A stretch of 64,000 nt of DNA, from positions 160,001 through 224,000 of the forward strand of contig JAFATB010000022.1 of the NCBI GenBank assembly GCA_019244185.1. Direction: 5' to 3'. Below are positions 32,128 through 41,795 of the stretch, piece by piece. Position numbers and translations under genes: made by a program. Position 1 is the stretch's first letter. Every line of letters begins with the position of its first letter. The notes under the pieces were generated by a model. It was not told the origin of the DNA and made no database searches. It saw only the letters and a list, made by a program, of their open reading frames with translations. This DNA comes from Acidobacteriota bacterium (lineage in GTDB: Bacteria; Acidobacteriota; Thermoanaerobaculia; Gp7-AA8).

Positions 32128-33222
32128 TTACGTGCGGCAGGCGGCTTTCGCCGCGGCTTCGATCTCCGCGCGCTGATCGGCATGCGCGTCGGGCACGGAG
32201 TCGATGGCCTGGCGGAACGTCGTCTGCGCTTCGTCGCACGCGCCGCGCGCCGCGAGAATGCGCGCGAGCGTATCGAGGCGCATCCACGCATCGGGCGCAT
32301 GCGTCCCCGCGGCCTTGCGCGCGAACGGCTCGGCCTCGGCGATGCGCTTCTCTTCGAACAGCAGCCAGGCGAGGTTGTTGAGCGCGTCGGCGGATTCGGG
32401 ATCGAGCTCGATCGCTTTGCGGAATGCTTCTTCGGCGGCGGGGTTGCGGCCGAGACGCATTTCGGCATTGCCGAGGTTCGTCCAGGCGATGGTGGCGCGG
32501 GGATTCTTCGCGAGGATGTCGCGATAGGCCTGCGCGGCGAGCGCGTACTTGCCTTCGTCTTCGAGGCGCACGGCGGCGCGCAGCGGCTCGGCGAGCGGAT
32601 CGCCCGGCTCGATGAGGATCGTCGCGTACTTGGTCGCCTTCCACGCGTTGTCGAGACGATCGATCGACGCCCAGCGCGCCTTGCCGTCGCCGAACTGCGT
32701 GCGGAAGAGATCGCGCACGGGGTCGTAGCCGTCGAGCACGATGTAGTGGAAGAAGTCGTAGCCCTTGCCCGGCGCCTGCACGACCTGCAGCATGAGGATT
32801 ACCGGATGTCCGGCGCGCAGCTCCTGCTCGACAAGGTTGCGGTCGCCGGTGACGAGCTTCGACTCGAAGCCTTTCTGCCGGGCCGCCAGCACGAGATCAA
32901 TCGACATCACGCCGCCGTGCGTCTTCGGCAGCGTCGCGTCCCACTGCGCCATCGTGGTCGTGTCGCCGTAGTGCTGCAACACGGACGAGAGCGAGCCCGC
33001 GCCGCACGACTCGATTCCCCAATGCTGCATCGGGACGTTGGGGATGACGAGGGCGGAGGTGGTGGGGGAGGCGGAGCGGGGGGTCCAATAGACGCAGGCG
33101 GTGAGGGAGAGCGGCAAAAGCAGAATGAAGAACGCAGAACGCAGAATGAAGAATGAAGAAAGGGGACGGCGGCGCTTTCTTAATTCTGCGTTCTGCGTTC
33201 TGCGTTCTTCATTCATCTTCAT
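32128..33222 (-). CDS. PA2778-like C39-type cysteine peptidase lipoprotein with TPRs
   Basis: Lipobox LTAC; Q..SCGAGSL catalytic Cys, HYIVLDGYD His; TPRs (AWTNLGN, ALNNLAW); alternative in-frame start at 33294. Confidence 0.8.
   Translation of the reverse strand: MKMNEERRTQNAELRKRRRPLSSFFILRSAFFILLLPLSLTACVYWTPRSASPTTSALVIPNVPMQHWGIESCGAGSLSSVLQHYGDTTTMAQWDATLPKTHGGVMSIDLVLAARQKGFESKLVTGDRNLVEQELRAGHPVILMLQVVQAPGKGYDFFHYIVLDGYDPVRDLFRTQFGDGKARWASIDRLDNAWKATKYATILIEPGDPLAEPLRAAVRLEDEGKYALAAQAYRDILAKNPRATIAWTNLGNAEMRLGRNPAAEEAFRKAIELDPESADALNNLAWLLFEEKRIAEAEPFARKAAGTHAPDAWMRLDTLARILAARGACDEAQTTFRQAIDSVPDAHADQRAEIEAAAKAACRT
33123..33214. repeat. palindromic heptamer-repeat element, copy 3 (in-frame inside signal peptide)
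   Basis: Same arms as copies 1 and 2; translates as [30 protein letters not shown] directly before LLLPLSLTAC. Confidence 0.9.
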
Positions 33223-33293
33223 GTAAAGCTCGGGCGAGCCGTTCTCCGCCGGCTCGCCCGTCATTCCCGTAGCCCTTGCGCCGGGATTCGGCA

Positions 33294-33650
33294 TCAGGAC
33301 AGCGCGACCACGAGGATCAACGCGGCGAGAGCGCCGATGCCGATCCAGATCCACTCCTGCTTCGTGAGGCCGGCGGCCTGGAGCTGATCGAGGTTCTGCG
33401 CGAGCTGGTGCAGGTCCTGCGGCGACATCTGCGCGAGCCGCTGATTGACCTGGTCCTGCGTGAAGCCGTGGGCCGTCAGAACGGCCGCAACCTGATCGTT
33501 GGCCGCGACTTCGCGGACGGCGGTCAGATCGGCTTGGCGGGAGTCGAGGCTCTGGTTCGCGGCGGTCTTCGACGGGACCGGTCCGGCGAACGCGGGCATC
33601 GCCGCGCAGGCAAGGAGAACGACGACAACAAACAAAATGGATTTCTTCAC
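33294..33650 (-). CDS. PA2779-like secreted protein with hydrophobic C-terminus
   Basis: Signal peptide; QRLAQMSPQDLHQLAQNLDQLQAAG followed by a hydrophobic tail; SD AGGAGG; adjacent to the PA2778-like peptidase. Confidence 0.78.
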   Translation of the reverse strand: MKKSILFVVVVLLACAAMPAFAGPVPSKTAANQSLDSRQADLTAVREVAANDQVAAVLTAHGFTQDQVNQRLAQMSPQDLHQLAQNLDQLQAAGLTKQEWIWIGIGALAALILVVALS

Positions 33651-33835
33651 GTTACTTCCTCCTATTCGTTACCCGGCGCCCCGGACGACGACGCGCCGTC
33701 CGGTGGGCTTCGCCTCCGACAGCGAGCACGACGCATGCCTGCTCGACCGTACGCGGCGGATCGAGTGGCCCGGCGAAGGGCGGAACGTCGCGCGCGCCGC
33801 ACTCGTTATACTCGCCGGCGCCGGGCGCCACGCGC

Positions 33836-36016
33836 ATGATCCGCTTCGAAGACATCCTCGACCGAGTCGAGTCGTACAAGCCGGACTTCGACGAAGAGCT
33901 GCTGCAGAAGGCTTACATCTTCTCGGCGCGCGAGCACCGCGGCCAGACGCGCTCCTCGGGCGAGCCGTACCTCGTCCATCCGCTCAACGTCGCCTACATC
34001 CTGGCGGGCATGCGCCTCGACGAAACGTCGATCGCCGTCGGCCTGCTGCACGACGTCCTCGAAGACACGCTCACCACGAAGGAAACGCTGCAGGAGCTCT
34101 TCGGTGAAGCGGTCGCGGAGCTCGTCGACGGCGTCACGAAGATCTCGCGCTACGCCTACGTCTCGAAGGAAGAGCAGCAGGCCGAGACGTTCCGCAAGAT
34201 GCTGCTGGCGATGGTCTCCGACCTTCGCGTCGTGCTGGTGAAGCTCGCCGACCGGCTGCACAACATGCGCACCCTGCAGTACCTCCCGGAAGAGAAGCGC
34301 CTCGCCGTCGCGAAAGAGACGATGGAGATCTACGCGCCCATCGCGAACCGCCTCGGCATGGGCCAGATCAAGCACGAGCTCGAGGACCTCTCGTTCCGCC
34401 ATCTGCACGCGCGCGACTTCGAGGAGCTCAACAAAGCGGTCGAAGAGAAGATGGCCGTGTCGGGCGACGTCGTCGACCGCATCAAGGTCATGCTCGCGCA
34501 GAAGCTGGAAGAGAACGACATCGAAGGCGACGTGCACGGCCGCGTGAAGTCGATGTTCTCGATCTGGTCGAAGCTGCGCCGGCAGGACATCGACATCGGC
34601 CAGCTCTACGACTATCTCGCCTTCCGCATCATTACGCCGAGCGTCAAGGACTGCTACGCCGCCCTCGGCATCATTCATCAGATGTGGCGCCCGGTGCCCG
34701 GCCGGATCAAAGACTACATCGCGATGCCGAAGCCGAATTTCTATCAGTCGCTGCACACGACGGTGGTCGCGGAAAAAGGGCAGCCGTTCGAAGTGCAGAT
34801 CCGCACGCGCGAGATGGATCTCATCGCCGAGCAGGGCATCGCCGCGCACTGGAAATACAAGGAAGGGCGCGTCGGCGCGCATCCCGACGACACGAACTTT
34901 CTCTGGCTGCGGCAGCTCGTCGAGTGGCAGCACGAGATCAAAGATCCGCGCACGTTCCTCAACTCGCTCAAGATCGATCTCTATCCCGACGAGGTCTACA
35001 CGTTCACGCCGAAAGGCGACGTCTTCGCGTTTCCGCGCGGCGCCACGCCGCTCGACTTCGCGTTCCGCATCCACACCGACGTCGGCAGCCACTGCGTCGG
35101 CGCGCGCGTCAACGGCAAGCTCGTGCCGCTGCGCACGCATCTGAAGAACGGCGACATCGTGGAGATCGTCACCTCGCCGACGCAGTCGCCGAGCCGCGAG
35201 TGGATCAACATGGTCGCGACCTCGCGCGCGAAGCACAAGATCCGGCACTGGCTCAACGCGGAACAGAAGAACCGCTCCATCGAGCTCGGACGCAAGCTCA
35301 TCGAGCGCGAGGCCAAGCGCTACAAAGTGCAGTGGCGGAAGCTCATCGCCGAGAACGCGCTCGACGGCGTGCTCACCGAACATGGCTTGCCGCGCCTCGA
35401 CGATCTCTACGCCGACGTCGGCTACGGAAAAATCTCCGCGCGCTCGATCGTGGAGCGCTTCGTCACCGACGAGCAGAAGGAAAAAGGTCCCGCGCCCGAA
35501 CAGCCCGCGGGCGTGCTGCAGCAGGCCGTCCGCAAAATCTTCCCGTTCTCGTCGTCGGCCACGATCAAGGTCAAAGGCTACGACGATCTGCTGACGTATC
35601 TCGCGAAGTGCTGCAACCCGCTGCCGGGCGAGCCGATCATCGGCTACGTCACGCGCGGCAAAGGCGTGGCCGTGCACAGCGCGAACTGTCCGAACGTGAA
35701 GAACCTCATGTTCAACCCCGACCGCGAGATCGGCGTCGAATGGGCCGAGCAGCGGCAGACGCAGTTCCAGGTCGAGCTCGAGGTGCTGATCGAAGACCGC
35801 CAGGGCATCCTGGGGCGCGTGGTCTCGACGATCTCGAATCTCAAGACGAACATCCGGCAGATGGAGGCGCGCACCGGCGACGGCAAGGCGACCGTCGAGC
35901 TCGTGCTCGAGATCGCCGACCTCAAGCACCTCGAGCGCGTCACCCGTTCCCTCGGCAGCGTCGAAGGCGTGCTGCGCGTCGACCGCAAGTACAACATCCG
36001 CCACGCCACGGCGTGA
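33836..36016 (+). CDS. rel: bifunctional (p)ppGpp synthetase/hydrolase Rel
   Basis: HD domain (LHDVLED), RIKD and YQSLHT synthetase motifs, TGS, AKCCNP and ACT. Confidence 0.96.
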   Translation: MIRFEDILDRVESYKPDFDEELLQKAYIFSAREHRGQTRSSGEPYLVHPLNVAYILAGMRLDETSIAVGLLHDVLEDTLTTKETLQELFGEAVAELVDGVTKISRYAYVSKEEQQAETFRKMLLAMVSDLRVVLVKLADRLHNMRTLQYLPEEKRLAVAKETMEIYAPIANRLGMGQIKHELEDLSFRHLHARDFEELNKAVEEKMAVSGDVVDRIKVMLAQKLEENDIEGDVHGRVKSMFSIWSKLRRQDIDIGQLYDYLAFRIITPSVKDCYAALGIIHQMWRPVPGRIKDYIAMPKPNFYQSLHTTVVAEKGQPFEVQIRTREMDLIAEQGIAAHWKYKEGRVGAHPDDTNFLWLRQLVEWQHEIKDPRTFLNSLKIDLYPDEVYTFTPKGDVFAFPRGATPLDFAFRIHTDVGSHCVGARVNGKLVPLRTHLKNGDIVEIVTSPTQSPSREWINMVATSRAKHKIRHWLNAEQKNRSIELGRKLIEREAKRYKVQWRKLIAENALDGVLTEHGLPRLDDLYADVGYGKISARSIVERFVTDEQKEKGPAPEQPAGVLQQAVRKIFPFSSSATIKVKGYDDLLTYLAKCCNPLPGEPIIGYVTRGKGVAVHSANCPNVKNLMFNPDREIGVEWAEQRQTQFQVELEVLIEDRQGILGRVVSTISNLKTNIRQMEARTGDGKATVELVLEIADLKHLERVTRSLGSVEGVLRVDRKYNIRHATA

Positions 36017-36997
36017 TCACGCGCGCTGCTTGCGCGCGTACATCGCCGCATCCGCCGCGGCGAGCACCGTGTCCGGATCCGCGCCGTCTTCGGGAAAGAG
36101 CGCCCAGCCCGCGCTCGCCGTGACCGAAAGCGACGCGCCGTTTTCGTCGATCGGCTCGGCGATGCGCTGCTGCAGGCGATGCACGGTTTCTTCCGCGGTC
36201 GTGCGCGTGGCGATGCCGTCGAGGATGACGATGAACTCGTCGCCGCCGATGCGCGCCGCGAGGTCGCGGTCGCGGATCGACGACAGCAGCCGCTCCGCGA
36301 CGCATTGCAGCAAACGGTCGCCCGCCGCGTGACCGCGCTCGTCGTTGATCTTCTTGAAGCCGTTGAGATCGAGATAGACGACGGCGAACGGCCGCTTTGC
36401 GGCGATGTTCGCATCGAGCACGCTTTCGAGCTGATGGCGATTCGCGAGGCCGGTGAGCGTGTCGTGCAGCGCGCGCAGCGTGAGCCCCTCGTACTCGCGC
36501 GCGCGGTGCATGCTCGCGGCGATGATGCCGACGAGCAGCCGCAGCACTTCGTCCGCGCGATCGTCGAACGCGTGCGCGCTTGCGCTGTAGACCTTCAGCA
36601 CGCCGATGGCGGCCCCGCGAAAGCGCAGCGGCGTGACGAGCATCGAGCGCGCGCCGACGCGGCGGCATGCGTCGCGGTCGACACGCGGATCGTCTTCAGA
36701 ATCGTCGCAGCGGAGCGCCTCGTCGCGCTGCACGCACAGGCCGCTGAGACTCGTGTCCGCGCGCAGGCGCAGTCCGAGGTATTGCGTGGCGGTGCCGGAG
36801 GCCGCGGAGTAGACCATGTCGTCGCCTTCGTGCAGCTCGACCACCGCGGCGTCGGCGGCGGTGAGGCGCGCCGCGCGGCGCACGACGACGTCCATGACGC
36901 GGCTGAAGGCGAGGTCCGCCTCCACGATCTCCTGCTGGACCGCGATGATCGCAAGCAGCGTCTCCTGCGGCAACGCCGCGCCGGCTGAGTCGTTCAC
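36017..36997 (-). CDS. GAF-domain diguanylate cyclase
   Basis: GAF domain, HDTLTGLANR, intact GGDEF with RxxD I-site; start uncertain. Confidence 0.88.
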   Translation of the reverse strand: MNDSAGAALPQETLLAIIAVQQEIVEADLAFSRVMDVVVRRAARLTAADAAVVELHEGDDMVYSAASGTATQYLGLRLRADTSLSGLCVQRDEALRCDDSEDDPRVDRDACRRVGARSMLVTPLRFRGAAIGVLKVYSASAHAFDDRADEVLRLLVGIIAASMHRAREYEGLTLRALHDTLTGLANRHQLESVLDANIAAKRPFAVVYLDLNGFKKINDERGHAAGDRLLQCVAERLLSSIRDRDLAARIGGDEFIVILDGIATRTTAEETVHRLQQRIAEPIDENGASLSVTASAGWALFPEDGADPDTVLAAADAAMYARKQRA

Positions 36998-37037
36998 GGG
37001 TTGTGGTGTGACGGAAGAATAGCGTAAAACCGATGCG

Positions 37038-37826
37038 ATGCAGATCGTGATTGTCGGGGCCGGCGTGTCGGGGCTCACCTGCGGCGTGGTGCTCGCGGAG
37101 CGCGGACACGGGGTGACGATCGCGGCGCGAGAGCTCGAAGGCACGACGTCGGAAGCCGCGGCGGCGATCTGGTATCCGTATCACGTCGGCGATGCGCGCG
37201 CGGAGGCGTGGGCGGCGGAGACGCGCGACGAGCTGACGCGGCTCGCGCGCGATCCCGCGAGCGGCGTCGCGCTCGTCGACTTCGACGTCGACGGCGAGGT
37301 GCTGCACGTGCCGCTCGCCGACACCACGCGCTACCTGCCGTATCTCCGCGCGCGCTTCGTCGCGGCGAGCGGAACGTTCGTGCAGCGTGAGATCGCGAGC
37401 TTCGATCGCGAAGGCATCGTCGTGAACTGCACGGGATTCGGTGCTCGTGCGCTCTGCGGCGACGAGTCGCTCACGCCCGGCTACGGCGTGTCGGTCGTGA
37501 CGAGCCGGCCGTCGACGTCACGCGCGCTGGTGCGCACCGCGGATCCGCTGACGTACGTGATCCCGCGCGCACACGACTGCATCCTCGGCGGCTACGACGC
37601 GCCGGAGCCGCCGCCAGCATCCAAAGTCGACGCGATCGTCGCGCGCTGTCGTGCGCTCATGCCGGAGTTGCGCGGCGACGTGCGCGGCGTGAAGCGCGGC
37701 ATCCGTCCGATTCGCGACGAGGTGCGGCTCGAGCGCGAAGGCAACGTCATCCACAACTACGGACACGGCGGCTCCGGCTTCACGCTGTCGTGGGCTTGCG
37801 CGCGGGAAGTGGCGCGGCTGGTCTAG
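37038..37826 (+). CDS. D-amino-acid oxidase family FAD-dependent oxidoreductase
   Basis: GAGVSG, TTSEAAAAIW, VNCTGFGA, HNYGHGGSG. Confidence 0.88.
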   Translation: MQIVIVGAGVSGLTCGVVLAERGHGVTIAARELEGTTSEAAAAIWYPYHVGDARAEAWAAETRDELTRLARDPASGVALVDFDVDGEVLHVPLADTTRYLPYLRARFVAASGTFVQREIASFDREGIVVNCTGFGARALCGDESLTPGYGVSVVTSRPSTSRALVRTADPLTYVIPRAHDCILGGYDAPEPPPASKVDAIVARCRALMPELRGDVRGVKRGIRPIRDEVRLEREGNVIHNYGHGGSGFTLSWACAREVARLV

Positions 37827-38395
37827 AGCGCGGTGAGCACGCCCGCGGCGGCGCCGATGAGCGTGCCGGCGACGAGCTCGGCGATCGTGTGGCGTTCGAG
37901 CTTCCAGCGCGACCAGGCGATCGCGAGCGTGAACAGCGCGACGAACGGCGCGCTCTTCGGAAACTGCCACGCGACGAGCACGGCGCAGAACGCGGCGCAC
38001 ATCATGTGCAGCGAGATCTTGAGGAAGCGATGCGCGGCGATGCCGATGGCGAACATCGCCGCGGCGGCGACGAAGCCGCGCAGCAGGCGAGGGCTCGCGC
38101 CGAGAAAGTAGAACGCGGCGGCGCCGATGAGCAGCAGCGGAATCGCCGCGGTGTAGAGGCCGAGGCGCTGGTCGCGGCGCGAGACGTCGTAGTCGCTCCA
38201 CGCGCCGCGGCGGACGTTGCGGGCGGTGATGACGAGCAGCGGCACGATGGTCGTCAGCGCGAGGATCGCGCCCCAGCGGACGCTGCGCGTGGTGACGGCG
38301 ATGGTGAGAGGAACGAGGAGGAAGGGATGCCCGGCGACGGAGAGCGTACGGGCCGCGAGGATGGTGGAGGACGGGCGGGTGCGCCCGTCCTCCAT
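37823..38395 (-). CDS. membrane protein (PAP2-like)
   Basis: Multi-TM; KISLH and WSR..LERHT..E motifs; start uncertain. Confidence 0.7.
   Translation of the reverse strand: MEDGRTRPSSTILAARTLSVAGHPFLLVPLTIAVTTRSVRWGAILALTTIVPLLVITARNVRRGAWSDYDVSRRDQRLGLYTAAIPLLLIGAAAFYFLGASPRLLRGFVAAAAMFAIGIAAHRFLKISLHMMCAAFCAVLVAWQFPKSAPFVALFTLAIAWSRWKLERHTIAELVAGTLIGAAAGVLTAL
38365..38394. repeat. perfect GC-rich inverted repeat downstream of rpmB (REP-like or terminator)
   Basis: TGGAGGACGGGCG-GGTG-CGCCCGTCCTCCA. Confidence 0.6.
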
Positions 38396-38400
38396 GGGGA

Positions 38401-38595
38401 CTAACGCGCCGCTTTCTGGATCTTGCCGGAGCGGATGCAACGGGTGCAGACCTGCATGCGCTTCACGGCGGTACCGAGCTTCACGCGGACGCTCTGCAGG
38501 TTCGGCATCCAGCGACGGCTGGACACGTTGTGGGCGTGGCTGACGCGGTTTCCGAACACCGGCGCCTTGCCGCAGACTTCGCACATCTTGGCCAT
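38401..38595 (-). CDS. rpmB: 50S ribosomal protein L28 (zinc-binding form)
   Basis: [10 protein letters not shown]...GNRVSHA...RRWMPNLQ...VCTRCIRSG. Confidence 0.96.
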   Translation of the reverse strand: MAKMCEVCGKAPVFGNRVSHAHNVSSRRWMPNLQSVRVKLGTAVKRMQVCTRCIRSGKIQKAAR

Positions 38596-38722
38596 GGTTG
38601 ACTCCCTCAAATAACGCGAAAGGCGTGGATTGTAATCACCGGCCCGAATCGACGCAAGCGGCGGCGGCGGAGAATGCCGCGCAAACGCGTGTTTTCGTTC
38701 CACTTATCCAAAACCTGTAGAG

Positions 38723-38751
38723 TTGACACGTGAAATTAAACGATGTAATTT
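38723..38751 (+). promoter_or_regulatory. sigma70 promoter of pil operon
   Basis: TTGACA-N17-TAATTT in an AT-rich intergenic patch. Confidence 0.7.
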
Positions 38752-38816
38752 CGCTTCACCTTTCTACATCTTCGGAGCCTGTGAGAAGTGAGCGTGTGAG
38801 ATGGATGGGGTGAGCG

Positions 38817-39875
38817 GTGTTCTTCTCAAAGAGCAAAAATGTCGTCGGCCTTGATATCGGCTCCTCAGCAATCAAACTGGTCGAGCTGAAGGAGAAGAAA
38901 GGCGGGGCGTACTCACTGGTCAAGCTGGGTGCCGAACGCCTCTCGCCCGAGGCGATCGTCGACGGCTCCATCATGGACAGCTCCATGGTGGTCGAGACGA
39001 TCCAGCGCCTGAACACGGACCAAAGCGTCAAGAATTCCAATTACGCGACGTCGCTTTCGGGCCATTCGGTCATCATCAAAAAGATCACGCTTCCCTCGAT
39101 GTCGCCGGAAGAATTGGCGGAATCGATCCAGTGGGAAGCCGAGCAGTACATCCCCTTCGACATCAACGACGTCAACCTCGATTACGTCCCGCTCACCACC
39201 CCCGGCGTGGGCGACAACATCGACGTGATTCTCGTCGCGGTGAAGAAGGAGAAGATCAACGACTACACGTCGGTGATCAGCCAGACCGGCAAGATGCCGG
39301 TGCTCGTCGACGTCGACGCGTTCGCGCTGCAGAACGCGTACGAGGTGAACTACGAGATGGAGGACGACAAGGTCCTCGCGCTCGTGAACGTCGGCGCGTC
39401 GGTGACGAACGTGAACGTGCTCTCGAGCGGCGTCTCGATGTTCTGGCGCGACATCACGTTCGGCGGCAACCAGTACACGGACGCCATCCAGCGCGAACTG
39501 AGCCTCTCGTTCGAGCAGGCCGAGGAGCTCAAGCGCGGCAAGCCGGTGGCGGACTACACGATCCAGCAAGTCATCCCGATCCTCAACTCCGTCTCCGAAG
39601 ACTTCGCGGGCGAGTTGCGGAAGACCCTCGACTTCTTCACGGCGACGTCGGGCGCCGAGCGCGTCGACGAGATCGTTCTCGCCGGCGGCGGCTCGGGCGT
39701 GCTGAACCTCGACGCGATCCTGCGCGACAAGTTCGGCATCCCCGTGTCGATCATGGACCCGTTCCGGAAAATCAACGTCGACGAAAGCCAGTTCAACCCC
39801 GAGGAACTGGCTGAGATCGCGCCGAGCATGGCGATCGCCGTCGGTCTGGCCATGAGGAAGTTGGGGGACGCTTGA
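38817..39875 (+). CDS. pilM: type IV pilus assembly protein PilM
   Basis: VGLDIGSSAIK, EAEQYIPF, actin-like fold, AVGLAMR. Confidence 0.95.
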   Translation: MFFSKSKNVVGLDIGSSAIKLVELKEKKGGAYSLVKLGAERLSPEAIVDGSIMDSSMVVETIQRLNTDQSVKNSNYATSLSGHSVIIKKITLPSMSPEELAESIQWEAEQYIPFDINDVNLDYVPLTTPGVGDNIDVILVAVKKEKINDYTSVISQTGKMPVLVDVDAFALQNAYEVNYEMEDDKVLALVNVGASVTNVNVLSSGVSMFWRDITFGGNQYTDAIQRELSLSFEQAEELKRGKPVADYTIQQVIPILNSVSEDFAGELRKTLDFFTATSGAERVDEIVLAGGGSGVLNLDAILRDKFGIPVSIMDPFRKINVDESQFNPEELAEIAPSMAIAVGLAMRKLGDA

Positions 39876-40549
39876 TCAAGATCAATCTGGTGCGGGAAGG
39901 GCGGGCGGTCCGCGGAGCCGGTGCGGCTCCCGCGCTGCCGACGGCTGTCGCCGTCGGCGCGCCGGCGACCACGAACGTCAACAACATCCTCATCCTCGCG
40001 TTGCTGGCCCTGGGCGTCCTCGCCGCGGGCGGCTACTGGTTCTGGGAGAAGCGGATTCTCGCGGAGCGCAAAGACGTCGCCGACCAGCGCCGCGTCGAAG
40101 CGCAGAAGCTCGAGCGCATCATCCATGAAGTCGAGGACTACCAGAAGCGCAAGGACAACCTCCAGCAGCGCATCGATCTGATCAACCAGCTCAAGCAGAA
40201 CCAGAAGGGGCCGGTGCGCATCCTCGATCAGGTCAGCCGCGATCTTCCCGACCTGGTCTGGCTCGACTCGATGGACATCTCCGGCGGCCGCATCGCGCTC
40301 AACGGCCGGGGACTGAATCCGAACGCGATCGCGCTCTTCATCGAGAACATCAAGAACGATCCCTACTTCGAGGAGCCGCAGGTCAACAGCATCAATCGCG
40401 TGTCGGAGGCGCCGCTGGTGTACACGTACGACATGAACTTCGCGTTCACGTGGGCGCCGAAGACGCCGCCCGCGGCACCGGCCGGCACACCGGCGGCCAC
40501 CGGCACCACGGGCACGACCACCACCGCAACGGGAACGCAGCCGCACTAG
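39872..40549 (+). CDS. pilN: type IV pilus assembly protein PilN
   Basis: IKINL motif, TM helix, coiled coil, P..VWL. Confidence 0.9.
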   Translation: MIKINLVREGRAVRGAGAAPALPTAVAVGAPATTNVNNILILALLALGVLAAGGYWFWEKRILAERKDVADQRRVEAQKLERIIHEVEDYQKRKDNLQQRIDLINQLKQNQKGPVRILDQVSRDLPDLVWLDSMDISGGRIALNGRGLNPNAIALFIENIKNDPYFEEPQVNSINRVSEAPLVYTYDMNFAFTWAPKTPPAAPAGTPAATGTTGTTTTATGTQPH

Positions 40550-40573
40550 CGGAAGGATGAGCAGGAGAAGTCG

Positions 40574-41209
40574 ATGGCGCTGACTCTGGACGACAAACCG
40601 TGGTGGGTTGGCCTGCTGGTCGGGCTCGTGCTCGCCGTGCTTTGCGTGGTCGCGGTCGAGTACCTGTTCGTCGGCGACGTGAAGGCGGAGATCGCCGACA
40701 CGGACCGCGAGATCGGACAGCTCGAAGAGAAGATCCAGCAGGGCCGCGCCGCGGAGCGCAAGCTGCCGCAGTTCCGCGAGGAAGTGAAACGCCTCGAGCA
40801 GGAGCTCGAGAAACTGCGCCGCATCCTGCCCTCGCAGCGCAACACGGAAGAGATCATCAAGAAGGTGAAGTCGCTCGTCGACAGCGGCGAGTTCGCGCTG
40901 CGCCATCTCAACTTCCCGCCGCTCAACACCGGCTCGAGCGATCCATACGTCGAGTGGCCGATCTCGATCGCGCTCGACGCGCGCTATCACGACCTCGCGC
41001 AGCTCTTCGCGAAGCTCGGCAACTTCACGCGCATCATGAACGTCGAGCAGATCCACATGAACGCGCTGCCGAATCAGGACGTGCGGACGATCGGCGCGGA
41101 TTTCACCGCCAAGACCTTCGTCTACATCGAGCCGAAGGAAGCGCCGAAACCGCCGGGCGGACCGAAGCCGGGCGGTGGCGGCGGCAGTGAGAGCGGCGGA
41201 GGCGAATGA
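40574..41209 (+). CDS. pilO: type IV pilus assembly protein PilO
   Basis: TM plus coiled coil; YHDLAQLF...RIMNV; synteny. Confidence 0.9.
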   Translation: MALTLDDKPWWVGLLVGLVLAVLCVVAVEYLFVGDVKAEIADTDREIGQLEEKIQQGRAAERKLPQFREEVKRLEQELEKLRRILPSQRNTEEIIKKVKSLVDSGEFALRHLNFPPLNTGSSDPYVEWPISIALDARYHDLAQLFAKLGNFTRIMNVEQIHMNALPNQDVRTIGADFTAKTFVYIEPKEAPKPPGGPKPGGGGGSESGGGE

Positions 41210-41763
41210 TGAAAACCACGCACGTGAAGCTCTCGCAGGTCGCCGCGTCGCTGCTGCTCGTCATCGCGGCGGTGGCGTCGTCGATCGCGCAGCCCGCGGG
41301 CCGCAACGCGGCCACCGCGTCGCAGGCGACCGACAGCGCGACTTCGGCCGCGACCACGGCGACCAGCAACGACGTACAGAAGACGCTCGAGGAGATCCTC
41401 GACGAGCCGACGACGACGGACGCCTATCGCTACGATCCGCAGGGACGCCGCGATCCCTTCCGCTCGCTCATCGGTCCCACGCCGCGCCTCGAACCGGGCC
41501 AGCGCCCGCCGGGCACGCGCGGTTTCCTGATCGACGAGATGAAGCTGCAGGGAGTCTTCCAGACCCGGCAGGGATTGACGGCGATGGTCAACGGTCCGGA
41601 CAACAAGGGTTATCTTCTCAAGACGGGAGACAAAGTCCTCGACGGAGAAGTGATCCGCGTGACGCAGACCGGAATCGTTTTCCGGCAGGAACTGAACGAC
41701 CCGACGCGCATCGAGCGCTATCGGGAAGTGATCAAGGATCTGATTCCCTCGGCGAGAAAGTAG
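41206..41763 (+). CDS. pilP: type IV pilus assembly protein PilP
   Basis: YDPQGRRDPF motif; G.KVLDGEV; synteny. Confidence 0.85.
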   Translation: MMKTTHVKLSQVAASLLLVIAAVASSIAQPAGRNAATASQATDSATSAATTATSNDVQKTLEEILDEPTTTDAYRYDPQGRRDPFRSLIGPTPRLEPGQRPPGTRGFLIDEMKLQGVFQTRQGLTAMVNGPDNKGYLLKTGDKVLDGEVIRVTQTGIVFRQELNDPTRIERYREVIKDLIPSARK

Positions 41764-41795
41764 CGTTGCGCGGGTGCAGGCGAGTGGAGGGCGAG

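Noticed and set aside
29848-33650. PLP enzymes as tailoring enzymes for the PA2779-like peptide
   Set aside because: The precursor and peptidase are extracytoplasmic, the PLP enzymes are cytoplasmic, and each PLP gene has its own leaderless-type -10 element
38704-38712. DnaA box / replication origin near rpmB
   Set aside because: Single imperfect TTATCCAAA, no box cluster and no dnaA
41175-41795. N-terminal extension of PilQ to 1104 aa
   Set aside because: Overlaps pilP entirely; the SD and signal peptide support a start at 41796
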